64,000 bases of DNA from Auanema rhodensis (Eukaryota; Animalia; Nematoda). The stretch is from contig OZ059894.1 of NCBI GenBank assembly GCA_964057225.1, forward strand, positions 17,484,001 to 17,548,000. Reading direction: 5' to 3'. This document shows, one piece after another, positions 1-14,123 of this stretch (the stretch's first letter is position 1; the number at the start of each line of letters is the position of its first letter). The notes under the pieces were generated by a model. That model saw only the letters and a program-made list of their open reading frames with translations. It ran no database searches and was not told the origin of the DNA. Made by a program: the position numbers and the translations under genes.

Positions 1-3000
1 GGAATCGGAAGAAACCTCGAGCCACTTGATCTTGATGGACTCGGTAGTTTAAATTTATCAGTAAATATAAAATAAAAATTATTTCCAGAAGAGCCAACTA
101 CCATTGTTCCAGCTAAAAAGGCAACCGGATTCACTGCAGTAGCTCCACCAGCTCCACCAGCTCCAGCCCAAATAAACCCCAGCGTTCACACACTTCGCTC
201 AGATTCATTTGACTCTCATGTTGTTTGCGCCTTATCACCAGAGACTGGACCATGTACTAACTACGTTCAAAGATGGTTAGTCATTTGTTTATTTTGAATT
301 TTCGATAATTTAATGAATTTTATTCAGGTTCTTCAACGCTCAAAGTCTTCAATGCGAGCAATTCTCTTTCGGTTCCTGCGGTGGAAATCAAAACAACTTC
401 GCCGACAGAACAACTTGCGAGCTTAAATGCATGAGCGGTAAGTTAGATTTAAAAAAACTCATAATTTTGAAAACCTCATATGATTTTTCTTTATTTTCAG
501 CTCAAGGACCAGTTACTTCTCAAGTTCCAGAACGTTGCTCATACGATAAGGATCCAGGAGTCGGACATGGATACAACGTCAAGTGGTACTTCAACATGAA
601 GAATTTACGCTGTGAGCAATTCGTCTATGAAGGACAAGGAGGAAACAGCAACCAATTCGAAACTTTGAGTGATTGTGAAAGATTCTGCGTTCCTCAGCCA
701 CGCAGTCCTTCCGCTAGCAAGCCAGCTGTTGCTCTTCCAACATCAACTACTACTCTCGCTACTGCTGCTCCTACTACCGCTCCAACCACTCCAGCTGCTC
801 CAACCACCAAGATTCCAGCTTCTCATTCTCTACGTCCTCTCCCAGAACAGCCAATCAATATTGCTATCAATGAAGACGAAAACATCGAAGACATCGATAA
901 CACCGAAGACTATGATAGTTCAGAGGAAGACGAACATAGCCTCCCATCTCCATCCATCGTTGCGACCGGCCCAACTGCTCCACAAGGACTTCCAGAAGTT
1001 GCCCCAACTACTGATATCAAGCCACCAGCTCACGCCGCTAAGACTGTAACTCAGGAAGATGTTGAAGCCGAGACTATCAAGGAACATAATGCTAACAAAG
1101 ATAAGAACTACAAAGCAGAACCAATTGCTTTCCAAGATCCATCATCCGTAGATGAAAGCCTTCCTCGTGTAGGACCAAGTCCACCAATGAAAGTTGATTA
1201 CCAAACTGGACAAGTTGTAAGTTTATATATGCAAATGCTATGTTCAACATAATTTTCTTCAGAACCCAGTTGCCAGTGGAATTAAGATTTTCCCAGAAGG
1301 ACGTATCGCTGTTGATAAGACCAGTACGTTCTAATCATTGTCTTAACGAACATATGCTATTTTACTTCAGAGTTTACCGAAGAAGATGGAGCCGCTCGTC
1401 AGAACCTTCCATCCTGCCCTAATAGTCTTCAAGAAATGAGATATGCTGATGGACGCCCAGTTATGTGCTTGCCAGGAAAGAACCAATGTCCAGACAAATC
1501 TGTCTGCTACTTCAATGGAATCGACTTCTTCTGCTGTCCAAATATTGAAGATCCATATGATAAGCATGTCTTTGGAGGATATGATGGTGAAGAAACCAAG
1601 CACGGTTACAAAATCTTTGGACCACTTCGTGTTCGCCGTTTGATGGATGAAGTTCCTCTTAGAACTAAGAGACAGACTACTATTGACCGTGCATTCAACA
1701 CAGTTCCAGTTAGCTTTAGCATTGATTCCGTGATTGCCCCACTTAGATTTGATGGTATATAAGATTTATTGTAGTATTAATCATATATTTATATTATTTT
1801 TAGCTGAAAAGCCACGTGCTATCAGTCGTGCTGCTCGTATGCGCAAGCCCTCTGCTCCACAACACGGTAATCCAATGTGCCTTCTTCCTTTAGCTAAGGG
1901 AGAATGCGAGGAAGCTCATCTCAGGTATAATTCATGTTAGATTCAATTTCATAAACTTAATTATTCAGATACTATTATGACCGTGAGAGTGATTCCTGTC
2001 GCCTCTTCCACTATTCTGGCTGCGAAGGCAACGCCAACAACTTCGGATCCCTTGAAGACTGTCAACGTCTTTGTGTCCTCTCCGGACAGCCAGTTGTTCG
2101 TGCCCATAACACCGCTGTAACTCACGATATTGCCAAGCCAGTCATCCCAGCTGGACAATGCCCATCAGGAGCTCCACTTGGTGGAAATGCTCCAGTTCTT
2201 TGTGGAAGTTCAACCGACTCTATTGGATGCCCTGAAGGATTTTACTGCCGCGCTGGCCCACCAGACGTTTGCTGCCCAGGACCAAACCCAGCAGGTTAAA
2301 TTTATTTATATTGAACACTGTTAAATAATTATATTTTAAGAGCAAAAGAAGGAAGTTAGATTTGCACCAGAAACCCCTAAGGCTCATAGCCCACGTGGTT
2401 TCCGCAATGAACTTCTTACTTCAACCCCTATCTTCATGTGCCCTGATGCTTCTGATCCATTAATGGGAGAGAACCAAAAGCCACTTGTTTGTGGAGCTGG
2501 ATTTGACGGAGTACAGATGTGTCCAAAGGGATATTATTGTGCTATCGACAATGTTAGCGGAAGTAAGTCAAATATATTATCTTAATAAGGCAAATCTTAA
2601 ACTCCAACCGATTATAGGCAGATTATGCTGTTCCCTTCTTGGAAATGCTGAAAGAATTCCAAACCAACAAGTTAATGCTCCATACTTCGGAAGACGTGTT
2701 TCTAATCCTGGAGAAGTAATCGAGCGTGGATCTCTTCCAGTTGATCAGGTTACTGATGCTCCAGCCCCAAGAGCTATTCCTTCCGTCGATTTCGCCGGAA
2801 TTGATGCTGTTGCTGAAAACACCAAGCCAGTTCACCCACCTGTTTCCGAGTCATCTGAAGAATATGAAGATGATGAAGAAGAGACTCCAGAGCATCTCCT
2901 TATGAAGCCACTAGGCCGTCATGAGAAGCTCCAACAATCTGGTAAGTGTTCATATATCACTTCAAATTCATTATTTCAATATTATAGCCGCTGCTGAATC

Positions 3001-3436
3001 TCCAAAGGCTAGTGATCTCGAATCAGAAGTTGTTAATATTGATATGCCAACTGACGCTCCAGTAGTCGTAGAAGAGGTCATCGAACCCAAAATTAACACC
3101 GCTGAAAAGTCCATCTGCCATATGAAGCCAACCGAGGGACGTGCTTGCCGTGAAGACGAGAAGCCTCCAAGAACCAACCTTCAATACTTCTACTCTGCTA
3201 AGGACAATCGTTGCAAACTCTATTTCTACAGGTAAGGATGATCCTCATTTGATTTTGTCACCAAAGAACTAACTGAAATAAAATTAAAATTTTCAGAGGA
3301 TGCGGTGGAAACGAGAACCGATTTGAACGAAAAGCTGATTGCGAAGCTCTCTGTGTGGTAAGCATTTGAAAATCTTTTTTTTTAAGATTTCTTTGAATTA
3401 TTTGACATTTTCTCATCATATTCATTTCAGAATTAA
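1..3436 (+). CDS. mlt-11: Multi-Kunitz (BPTI) / Lustrin-type Cys-rich secreted protein, 3' portion (5' end outside window), MLT-11-like
   Basis: Spliced exons give 4 Kunitz domains (CALSPETGPC..CGGNQNNF; CSYDKDPG..GQGGNSNQF; CLLPLAKGEC..CEGNANNF; CHMKPTEGRAC..CGGNENRF), Lustrin-like Cys repeats (CLPGKNQCPDKSVC..CCP), an RTKR furin site and P/T/E-rich linkers. Last exon tttcag|AAT TAA at 3431-3436. Symbol is from recalled domain architecture. Confidence 0.75.
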
Positions 3437-4098
3437 TTTGAGTTCACTAGATTTCCTTCTAATGCCTATCACGAGTATGTCCGCTTTCTCAGTTACAGAA
3501 ACATCAGCTTATTATAATTAGCATAATACTTTTTTTAAATTAATTTTAATTAATTGTTTTCTTATTATTTGAATAGTTTTCAAACAAAAAACCAACCATT
3601 CCATAAGCGCACTGGCTTCAAAATTATCAAATTTAGTTCTTTGCCTGCGGCGCTTTACAAATCGTGTACCAAAAATTGTTCTTTGAGTTCCTTGTTTGCA
3701 TAAGTTATTTTTTTTAATTAATTCTAATAAGATAGATTAATAATATCTAATTTTCCTCAAAATTCTATGTGCAATTTTTGTTTTTCATATGATAAATCAT
3801 TTGAAAGCTATATTATATAATATATTTGATTACAACTGGATCACATTGCAACATCAAACTTAAATTGAAATAATACTCTATATATTCTTATTTTTTTTCT
3901 TTTTTCATCTCAATATTAATTAAAATAATAGAAAAATATTTATTTTAAAAATACTAAATAGATATTTAATAGCATGATATACATGTATACATATGACTAG
4001 AAATGTTTGAAAGATAACCCGGAATAATTACAGATACGAATCGAATTTCAAGAATATTTTCTATGAACAATAGAAAGTAATCTAATTAATTGAATAGT

Positions 4099-7000
4099 TT
4101 ATGTAGCTAATGGACGTCTATCGTCTACTGAATCAACCTGTAAATCTGTTGATCCAGCAGCGGAATTAGATCCACTGTTATCCTCAACTTCTAAATATGA
4201 TTATGAAATATCAAATCATATATCAAATATTACCGGGATCAGCATAATTTTCATTGTTGTATGACAACGTGTTTCGTTCTTGATTTTTCAATATTTTAGC
4301 CTGTTTCCATTGAGGTCTCATCAAATAATGAATAGTACTAGAAATAATTTTGAAATATCAAGAAAGATTTGAGTAAATTTCACTTACCATTGTCCAAAGA
4401 CGACAACTACTTGGATAATAGCACCAACAAAGAATACAAAGCCTGGCCACCAATCCATAGTTAAATTGAATAAGGAATTAAAAATAAGGGATGAGATAAT
4501 TGGACATATGGCAAGAAGTATAGAACAAACTAAAAATATATGAGTTGGCTTGTGTACATGTGTCTTTAACCTACCAGTCAACAATCTAGCTGTTTGTTCT
4601 TTTGGAACCATGCGAGGTAAGAAAGATCTATACCCAGGAGCAATACCACCGGTGATCAAAGCAAGACCAGCAGCTGAAATGATTGTTAACAATATTTCTC
4701 ATTGATCTCATTGATCTCTTACTTATGAAGATTTCCTGAGTTGTATTAGCAAGAGATACAAGAAAGAATGAAGTAGCAGAAGCTGAGATCGCGAATATTA
4801 TCATTATGCTATCTTTTCCCAACCAGTGAACTAGTGTTAAAGCCAGAGGACCTAAGATTTTTTTTTAATTTTTAAATAAAAAAAGAAAATTTACATAAAA
4901 CCATTCCAAGAGAGAATAAAGATCCACGAATAAGAGAGTAATAACTGAATGTAGCATCATTCCATGAGAATGGAGGACGTTTTAGCAACAAGAATAAGAT
5001 AGACATATCTATAATCATATGTTATTAAATTATATTCAATAACAAAGATGTAAACCTAATGAGAGGAATTCGACAAAAACGAAGAAAAGTGAGAGAATCA
5101 GGCACATTCGAGTCCATCCAGGACGCTTCTCTGTGATGACTTCAACAAGAGACATGACATAACCTGGCTTTTGTGGAGTTTCAATTATATTGATCTCTTG
5201 TGAATTTTCTGAAACAAATGAAATATTAGACAAAACGAAAATATTTTGCAATACCATCTAACTGATTATAGCCAAATCCTTCTTTTTGTGGGAAATGGGT
5301 TTCTCTAACAAAAAGTAAGGTGTAAATAAACGCTAACGAAACTGCTGCTAGTTCTAAATTGGAAAATTTATTAGAACTCACATCAGACATGTTTTTCTTA
5401 CGTAATACAGAAGCTTGAACATAGCTTGCACTGTGCTTCTCAACCGAAATTAAAGCTGGTACAGCTATTAAGCTTACAACCAATGTACCCATCAAACTTC
5501 CGAAAGATTGAAGAAAAGATGCAACTCCAATACGTAATGGAACTGTGGATGAACCCTTAATTCAAATAAGGTATAAGCCAAGTTTTAATTAAGTTTCTTC
5601 ATTATTATATGTTAATAGTTGTAACTTACAGGCTTAAGTTTATGTCTGCAATCATCTGTTACAATTGCTAAGGATGTAGCAAATATCGATGAAAGTCCGC
5701 CAGTCAAACCTGAATTGATGTTTTTAATCATAAAACTTTAGATATTACAATGATACCTGTGCAAAATTCTCCAATAAAATACCAAATATATATATTCCAA
5801 CTTTCATAGGTCAAACTAGCCATTAGTTGACAGATATTATAAACAACAAAACCAGACATTGAAAACAATAAAGGCATCTTACGTCCTACAAAAAAAAAAT
5901 TTTTTTTCATATTATTCTTATCTACCAAACCGTATTTATCTGACCATGTACCTATCATAGGAGCAATGAGCAATGTTGGAATCCCACTACATACTTGTAA
6001 CCAAATTTTCATACTGGATATATCACGTTCAACTAAATCTTGCAATGTTCCATTATTTGTTGTAAGTTGAGCACATATAGCTGTTATATTTTCATTTGCA
6101 TTCTCCTTAAAACATCAAATACTTTGTTAATATTAATAAAAGGAAATGCTTCAAAACTATAGAGAAAGTTGAAATTTGTATTAAAAACTTTTTCGAGTCC
6201 AAATCTAAGTTACTTTTCAGGAAGGGAATAAGAAATGTAGAGAAGAGATGGAAGAGAGTGATCGAAAGGGAGGGGGGGGGGGTTGAAAACAAATTCTTTT
6301 CTCTTTTAACAGTTTTTTTAAATTTTTTTGACGTGACATACTATGATCACGTATTTATTCATACACCTAATACTTTATAATTTCTTCACAAACCTGCAAT
6401 TGTCCAGCTATCTCTACACATCTCGCCCAATATGTGAAAAGAGGTTGTGATGTTAATAGCAGGCCAGTTGAGATGGATAAGAGCCACATAACAGGCTCAA
6501 CATTCACAAATCCACTGAAAACAAAAATATAAAGAAAAGCTATTCAGAGAAAATAAAATTATAAAATCTCATTTCTTTCTTTTTCATTTTGACTTGCAAT
6601 AGGGTCTAATATCAAATGGCTTAACCTCGTAAGGCGTGCATAAAAAAATCTTGCCCTGCCAATATAGCCTCGATGTCTTCCCATTTCAAGCTATACTGAA
6701 TTAATTTTAAAATAAAAGTATAATTATAATAAAGAACGATAGAGCTCAGCATAATAATAACAATTATTTTAAAATAGTTTCATATATTAAAAGATAATTT
6801 TAAAAAAGAATGATTTACTAAAGAGAAGAATGGCCCCATTTGAGTCGATATGAGACGACATGCTATGGCCGAAGCCTTCTCCACACTGGAAGCACAACAA
6901 CAAAATTCTTGTCGAATTCATTTGAAATTCCATTTTAGTCATACAAAGAAATAAAAAGGCGTTAAACGAATATATTAAATAAACTGTCTTTTCTTTAATA

Positions 7001-7692
7001 TTTTCGTTTATATAAAAGAAATGTTTGCAAGTAAAGCTGTTTTAAAAAAAAAAAGAAAAACTTCTTTGTAGTAGCAGATTAAGCAGAGAGTAAGATATAA
7101 TTATAATCATCAGTATATTTGTTTGAAAGAAGATTTTCATTAGAACATATTAGATATGACCTTGAAGTAGAAGAAAAAAACAAATATTAATAAAGAAAAA
7201 GAAAAAAAACGGAAAGATAACCAAATAGAAAATTTTAATGTAAATGTTGCCTTCGCTTTGAATATTTTAAAATTTTAGTAAAAGAAAGAATGTTTTAACG
7301 GAATGAAAACTCGTATGAAATAAGGGTAAGTGAGAACCAGACATGAATAACAGAGGACTAAATAGTGAAAAGAGAAAGTGAAAGAAAAAGATAATTAAAA
7401 TAAGAGAGAAAGAAGGAAAAATGGAGGTTGGGAAAAGGGAAAATGAGAATGAACATGAAAAGAGAGATAGTTAGTTTTGACAGAATTTTTAAATATATCT
7501 CATCATTGCTATTTAATACTAAATATATTGTATTTTATATCTTCATTCAAATTGTAATTAATAAGAAAATGAATATTCAATACCAATAAATATATTTTTT
7601 CTTAAAGTTTTCAGGAAAAATATTTTTTTTAGAAATGCTTAATTCACTCACCAGCATCGCTTCTTATTTTCTGGAGTTTCATCTCTATTCAT
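4099..7692 (-). CDS. MFS transporter, SLC46/PCFT-like
   Basis: MNRDETPENKKRC|GFVNVEPVMWLL.., GTWSDKYGRKMPLL, GYRSFLPRMVPKEQTARL and WWPGFVFF motifs; many hydrophobic exons; canonical introns; stop TAA at 4099. Confidence 0.85.
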
Positions 7693-8765
7693 GTTGGGGC
7701 CAGTCAATCGTTGAAGAAAGCTTCTCCGCCTATCCTGAAACATAAATCAGAATATATGACAACTAAAAGAAAGAAAAATAACTGAAAACCATTGCTGAAG
7801 AAAGTGGATTGAAATACTTATACCTTAGCATAATTAGCTAAGTTTTATCAATACTTATTTACATATAGTTAAAACAATTTTTTTCCGAATTTTGAGGAGA
7901 CAAAACATATAATTCACATTTTCTATAGTTCATTCGACTATTTATTCTCCTGATTGAATGACTCTTCAAAACAATAAAATATCAGAAGCACTAAACATAC
8001 TTCACTTTTCATTTTTTTTTCTTTTTTTTTTGGAAAAAAATTTAAAAAAAAAGAAACTAACTCGTGATTCCACCATTGCTCAATTTCGTTGACTAGACAG
8101 ATAGGGAATTGCTTTCGGTTAATATCGGAAAATCAAGTGACCACAGCTACTTATCTGGTCAAGATGATCATAAGTTCTAATCAGCGAGTCTCTCCTCCCC
8201 CAGCTTTCAAAGTTCTAGATAGCACATGAATTTTAGGGTGTTTTGGCTAGCAAAAGACACTATTTTATCAGAAAAGTAGATATAGCTTTAATCATGTTTT
8301 TTCTACAATTTTCTAGACTATTACGATAGTTACAGTACGAGATTGACATTTGATATTAATTCGAATTCAATAAACAATAATATTTTCAATATAATAAAAT
8401 GAATTATATATTCAAAATATTATTGAATGGCAATATTCCAAAAGAAGAGTGAATGAATAATAAAGAACGATTGAATCTTATAAACTATATGTAAATGAAT
8501 TGAAAGTTTATCTTATAAACTCTATTTATAATCCAAACATCCCAATAAGTACTTTTGATTTATATTTCAACATACTATACTATACTATACAAGTAATTCT
8601 ATGATAGAATATGAATAGAAAATAGAAAATACACATTTATATGAGTTTTGAACGAGTGACACAACACTTCTCAGTCATGTGACTGTCATCTGTTTGCCGT
8701 AAGAGACTGTTAGATCTTTCAGATGGGGCAGAAAGAATGACTTGAACAGGAAATCGACCATGTAT

Positions 8766-9432
8766 TCAGACACATGCAATGCGACAATGATTGTTATAGG
8801 ACGAGTTTGCGATAATTATGCGAATTAAACAGTTTTTGGGGAAGTTTATCTATGATCTTTGCTTTCCACTTAAAGATATACACATGTTTTGCCCAAAATA
8901 AGCTTCCGACTTTAAATTGCATACGAAGAAAATGCTTACCTCATTAAATAACAGTCTTGTATCATCTGTGATAACAGACATACTGATTTCTGATCGAAGT
9001 GTTGCATGTTCCAAATTTCCGTATCCATCAGGCATAGGATCTTGTTCATCAAAACTACCTGAAGTTTGAAAAAAGGATATTTATAAAGTTTCAGATAACA
9101 TGAGTTTAAAATAAAACAAAATAACTTACATCTATATGCTTATTAAATTTGTTGAATAATAATTATGTCAAAAAGAACAACCGTTCGCATTACTCCTATA
9201 CCAAGAAATAATCTCGAAAAGTTATATTCACGTGAAATTTTACGTGATAAAGGAATGTCACGTTTAAAAATAATATTTGGCATATTCTTATACATTCTAG
9301 ATAGTTAATGAAACAAAAAAGCTTACCTCCGAAAATTTGATTATCTGTCGGTCCTATGGCATCATCATCATAGTAATAGTGACCTGGTTGAGATAATTGA
9401 TAATTAGGATGAGAAAATCTTCGATTCGACAT
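8766..9432 (-). CDS. Small (~102 aa) uncharacterised 3-exon protein
   Basis: Exons 9432-9327, 9058-8940 and 8850-8766 join in frame via GTAAG donors and TTCAG/CATAG acceptors: MSNRRFSHPNY..YYYDDDAIGP..GYGNLEHATLRSEISMSVITDDTRLLFNE INFPKNCLIRII..CRIACV*. The true start may lie further upstream. Confidence 0.65.
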
Positions 9433-10057
9433 ATTTGAGCATTGAGCTAAGTATGCAACATGCCACAATCGTAAGTAACTATACAATTGAAGGAGGTTGG
9501 CGTTTCCTGGTCAGATGAGAACCAATGATAACCCAAGATAATAAAGTATTGTAGAAACGGGTAAAGTTAACTTTTAGTAGCTTCAAACAAATTTTTGAAT
9601 TCCAAAATTATGCTAGTGTGTTATCAATTTTCCATAGCTATCTTTGTATACATGATAAGAAGAGAACTTCAAAGCGTCTCCAGCTCAATGTTGAAAATAT
9701 GGTGAAAGTTCATTCACAACGACATGATCAACCCAGTACATTATGAAAAAATCTTGCATAGGAACACAACTAATACAAGCTATCACATCAACTGAAAAGA
9801 TCATCATCTGAACATGACAGATCAAACAATAAATTACAATCAAACAATATTTAAAAATTACTGGTAATCTAAAACCCATGAAGCAGTACTAGAAAAATAA
9901 TAAAGCAGTCACACTACCGGGACATTTTTAAACAACGAGGGAAATTTCTAAGAATTTTTGTAAAACACATTTCAGGTAATCATTTGGGAACGCAGGTAAG
10001 GAGTATAGTTCAACTTAATCAGTCTTAGGAAGGTACTCTGCGTCCTCTTACCGTATT

Positions 10058-13000
10058 TCAGAAAGATATAGTGATTTCGTAGGATTGAATTATAGATACT
10101 AATGGCTTTCTGATAGTCAATGTTTTCATATCACGATCATAAGTGAACTGTAGAGTTTCAGTTGGATCAGAAGAGCGAATGATCTGAAAATGTCAAATTA
10201 TAACAGTATTGAAAGTTTAAATTGCAAACCGAAATCTCACGAGGCTCTGTGAGTAATCCTCGAACCTCGATCTTCTCTATCCAGTTCAAGGCCTCGAATG
10301 ATCCACCGGTTGGAGCTCCAATAATAGAAGCTTTTTTACCAGAATCAGTTCTGAAAAACTATATTTAGAACAGTTAAAAAAATAAACTTTACCGGAATTC
10401 GACGGAAGCACTAGCATATTTGTTTTGTTGGTAATCGTGAGTTGTTCCATCATCAATGTACAAACTTCCTTTGGCATTTCCAGCTTGGTCAAGGGCGACA
10501 AAAAGAGTGAATGGATCCTAAACCAGATTTCAATACAACAATTTCAAAAATTAGAGCACCTTAAGCATAAGTGACGAAGCTCTTCTAATACGTTGCCAAG
10601 TTGGAACAATGGTTCCTCCTCGTTGGAAAACAGGGATTGAATCAATTGGAACATCAATGTAGTGAGATCCATGTGCTTTTGTTTTACCGGACTCCCAATC
10701 ATACCACTTAGTATTCTGAATAAAGGTTTGACATGGATAAGATTTAAAAGGATTACTTGTTCAACACCAGCAGGCAGTACAACATTAGCATTGTAAGTAT
10801 CTTTGTCGACGATAGGATGAACAAGGAGAGCATTTCCAACCATGTAAGACTAGAATACCACAGATTAAAACATGAAACTTTGATTAGAAAACTTGCCCTC
10901 TCTTCCTCAAGGAATTTCTCATCTTCAGGGAATTCATACCAAATTGGGCGCATTACTGGATCACCAGAAAGAGCGTGTTGACGGAACAAGGAATACCTAT
11001 ATAAGAAATATTCAACAAATGCCTTATGGCTTTTCTCACCAATATGGAAGAAGGGCATATCTTCTTCTCAGAGCAGCTCTGATACGGATTCTGGTATCAT
11101 CAGAAAAGACCCAGGGTTCACGTCTTTTAGTATCAATATGAGCATGAGCTCTGAAAAAAATATTCATAAAAATAGTTTAAAAAAAGATCCAAACCTGAAA
11201 AATGGCTGAAAAGCTCCAGCCTGATACCATCTGGTCAATAACTGCTCGTCAGGGTTACCGAAAAACCCTCCAACATCAGCTCCAACAAATGGATTACCAG
11301 CAACAGAGAGAGAGAGAATCATAGGGATAGAAATAGCTAAGTGGCCCCAATCAGCAGTGTTATCACCAGTCCAAATGGCAGCAGTACGTTGAGTTCCAAT
11401 AAATCCAGATCTGAATATAATCAACATTTGCGATAATTCATACTTAGAACATACCTGGTCAGAAGGAAAGGTCTATCACGCCCTCCAGTTCTGTGTAATT
11501 GGCCTTCAAAAGTTGCAGAGTGATAATATAATCCATACATGTTGTGAATCTTAAATAATGAATATTTGGAATAAATCTGCTGAAGCTAACTCACTTCACG
11601 GTGTTCAATATTTCCATAATGAATAGAATCTCTATCCATAGTGATTTCTGGTCCACTGAATACCTAAATGAATGATTCATGTATAAAATTTCATTAACAA
11701 AAAAACATACAGATGGCTCATTCATATCGTTCCATGTGAAAAGATTGGGTGAAGATCCAGTATACTTGTCAAAAGAGAATTGGTTAATCCAATACTTGCG
11801 AGTCTTGAATAGAGCATTGTCATATGAGATTTTAAAGAATATTTACCTCAGGATGGAGGAAATCCAAATATTCAGAGGCTCCAGGCCAGCAATGACCTTC
11901 AAAGTCAGTTGTTCCATCAGCTTTCTTGACAAATAACCCTAAGAATAAATTCAGCATAATACAATAAACATATTAAAGCTTACCTAAATCCTTAGCATCC
12001 TTATAGACATAGTATCCGTCATCTTTCTTAATATGGGGATCGATAATAGTAACCATTTTACGTCCCTACAATCAAAATATATCATATAATTCTTGTACAG
12101 GTGTGTCGTACTCGAGCAGCAACTTTGTTAACCATGTCAGTTGGATTTGGGAACTTATTCTTGTCCCATGTGAAATATTTTTTGCCATCAGTATGCTCAA
12201 TATCAAGCCAGATAACATCCATTGGCATATCATACTCATCGAACTTCTCATTAACCTAAAGGAAACCAAAGATTTCATTTCCATTATTTTTTGTTGATTA
12301 CTTGAGCAACATCTTGTTCATCGTTGTAATTCCATCTGCACTGATGATACGAAATGGCAAACATTGGTGGTAGTGGAGTAACCTAGATTAAAACTTCAAT
12401 GAATTGTGTTCGTATATTTATGCTAACTCCAGTAATTTCAGCCAATCCACTTTGAACCTTTTGAGGAGTTGGACCAGTAAAGAAGAAAATATCAACAAGA
12501 CCACTTTCAGACATAAAATGGGCATCAAAGTGGGGTACCGTATCCCCCGATACAACTTTGTCCATCAAGGATCGGAACATACCCTTCGATGACGCCGAAG
12601 AGCTAGTATCAACCCAAGTTTCAGCTGCATTGAGCCTGAAAAAACAAAACACTATGCTATCCCCAAAACTTGAAAATAGTTGTATGAGTTCGCTCATTAA
12701 TTCAAGAGCTAGTATCAATTTTACCATTATATTCGTCATTCATATCAGTCCAACTGATATCAATGCCTAACAATCGAAAATCGATATATGTAATAATGAT
12801 TATATAAAGAAATGTCCTACTAACGCACCACAAAGCCCCAACAGTTCTATTCGATTTATGGGCAACAATGTATGGAACAGCCACATACAGAGCCATAGGA
12901 TTATTGAGCTCATATTCGAATACATCCAAATTGAAAAGCCTACAATTTCAATTGTAGATGTAATTTTTAAACTGCGAAATACCTGTATGGATCAGTGTTT

Positions 13001-13942
13001 CCTACTGTGCTTTTGAGAGCAAAAGCATCAGCATGCTCGGGAAGACCGTAAGCTGTGCGGAAACCGATGAAAGAAACATCAACCTAAGGATAATTTAATA
13101 AAAATATATATTGAAAAAAAGAAAAAAAACATACTCCAACACTACTAGAACCGAATGGTTTGCTATCCTTAAAGCTCTTGAAAGTTTCTTCCCAGAAGTT
13201 TTCTGGGTATTCTTTGTCATCTTCGCGAACACGATACTCCTCAACCTAAAATTAAGTTTATGATAAAAAATAAATGAATGCTTAGAAAAACCTTAAGCTT
13301 TCCATCTCTATTAATTTGACCAACCAATTCATCGAATTCATTGTAAATATCAATAACAAAGGGAGTATAGTTAACAATAACCTTTAAAAAAATATAAGAA
13401 TGAAATACAAAAGAACAAGAATACCTTAGTTTTTTTGTCAGCAGTAACAAGAGTTGCGGACTTGTCTCCGATTTCAACCGATGAGAATTTAACCTAAATC
13501 GAGAAAATCAACTAAAATAAAAATATTTCGCTTTACCTGCTTGGGTTCACCATTCAGAGCAAAGTTAGGCACGAAACGCTTACGAATGGCAGCTTCAGTT
13601 TCATCAATTTGTACTCTGACAGAGTTCTTAAAAGATATTGGTAAATATAAAATGTTCAAAAAAGTAACAACCTCTAATCCATAAATGCGAAGAGCTAAAG
13701 TATTATCATTGTTTTGAAGCTTTCCTTGAACAAGACTATCTGATGACTTAACAAGAGATTGACTGACAACAGCATAGCCCGTATTTTCCTAAAAACAAAT
13801 AAGTTTACAAACTTTTTTTCCAACTCACAGTCAAGGCACGATGTCTTTTACAAAATCCAGATTGTTCACATGTCTTAAAATCCTGACGGTTAACTGCCAA
13901 ACAAAAATGTATTAGAAATATGAATAAAACGCCCGTTTTCAT
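10058..13942 (-). CDS. aagr-3: ER glucosidase II alpha subunit (GH31, GANAB ortholog)
   Basis: Signal peptide followed by [20 protein letters not shown]; catalytic [10 protein letters not shown]; WTGDN; [31 protein letters not shown]. aagr-3 versus aagr-4 is not certain. Confidence 0.93.
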
Positions 13943-14113
13943 GATGGATAACCACCTAAACCCAAGGTATTATCTATAAAAATATATTAAACTTAGTTAT
14001 TATTGGCACACGAACTACAGAGAAGTAATATATAGCATATTTCAAGCACATATAACAAGGGTATACAAACTATGTAAAGCACACCGGTGTTCGTGCATTC
14101 AAAAATGGGCGAG

Positions 14114-14123
14114 CCACACGTCA
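14114..14123 (-). promoter_or_regulatory. UPRE/XBP-1-like element TGACGTGTGG
   Basis: Located ~170 bp upstream of the glucosidase II alpha ATG; resembles the TGACGTG(G/T) unfolded-protein-response element. Confidence 0.45.

Noticed and set aside
6272-6282. G-homopolymer tract
   Set aside because: Short intronic G-run, common in nematode genomes; no associated structure.
9685-9879. 64-aa hydrophobic ORF
   Set aside because: No splice linkage or recognisable motif; composition expected from T-rich DNA.
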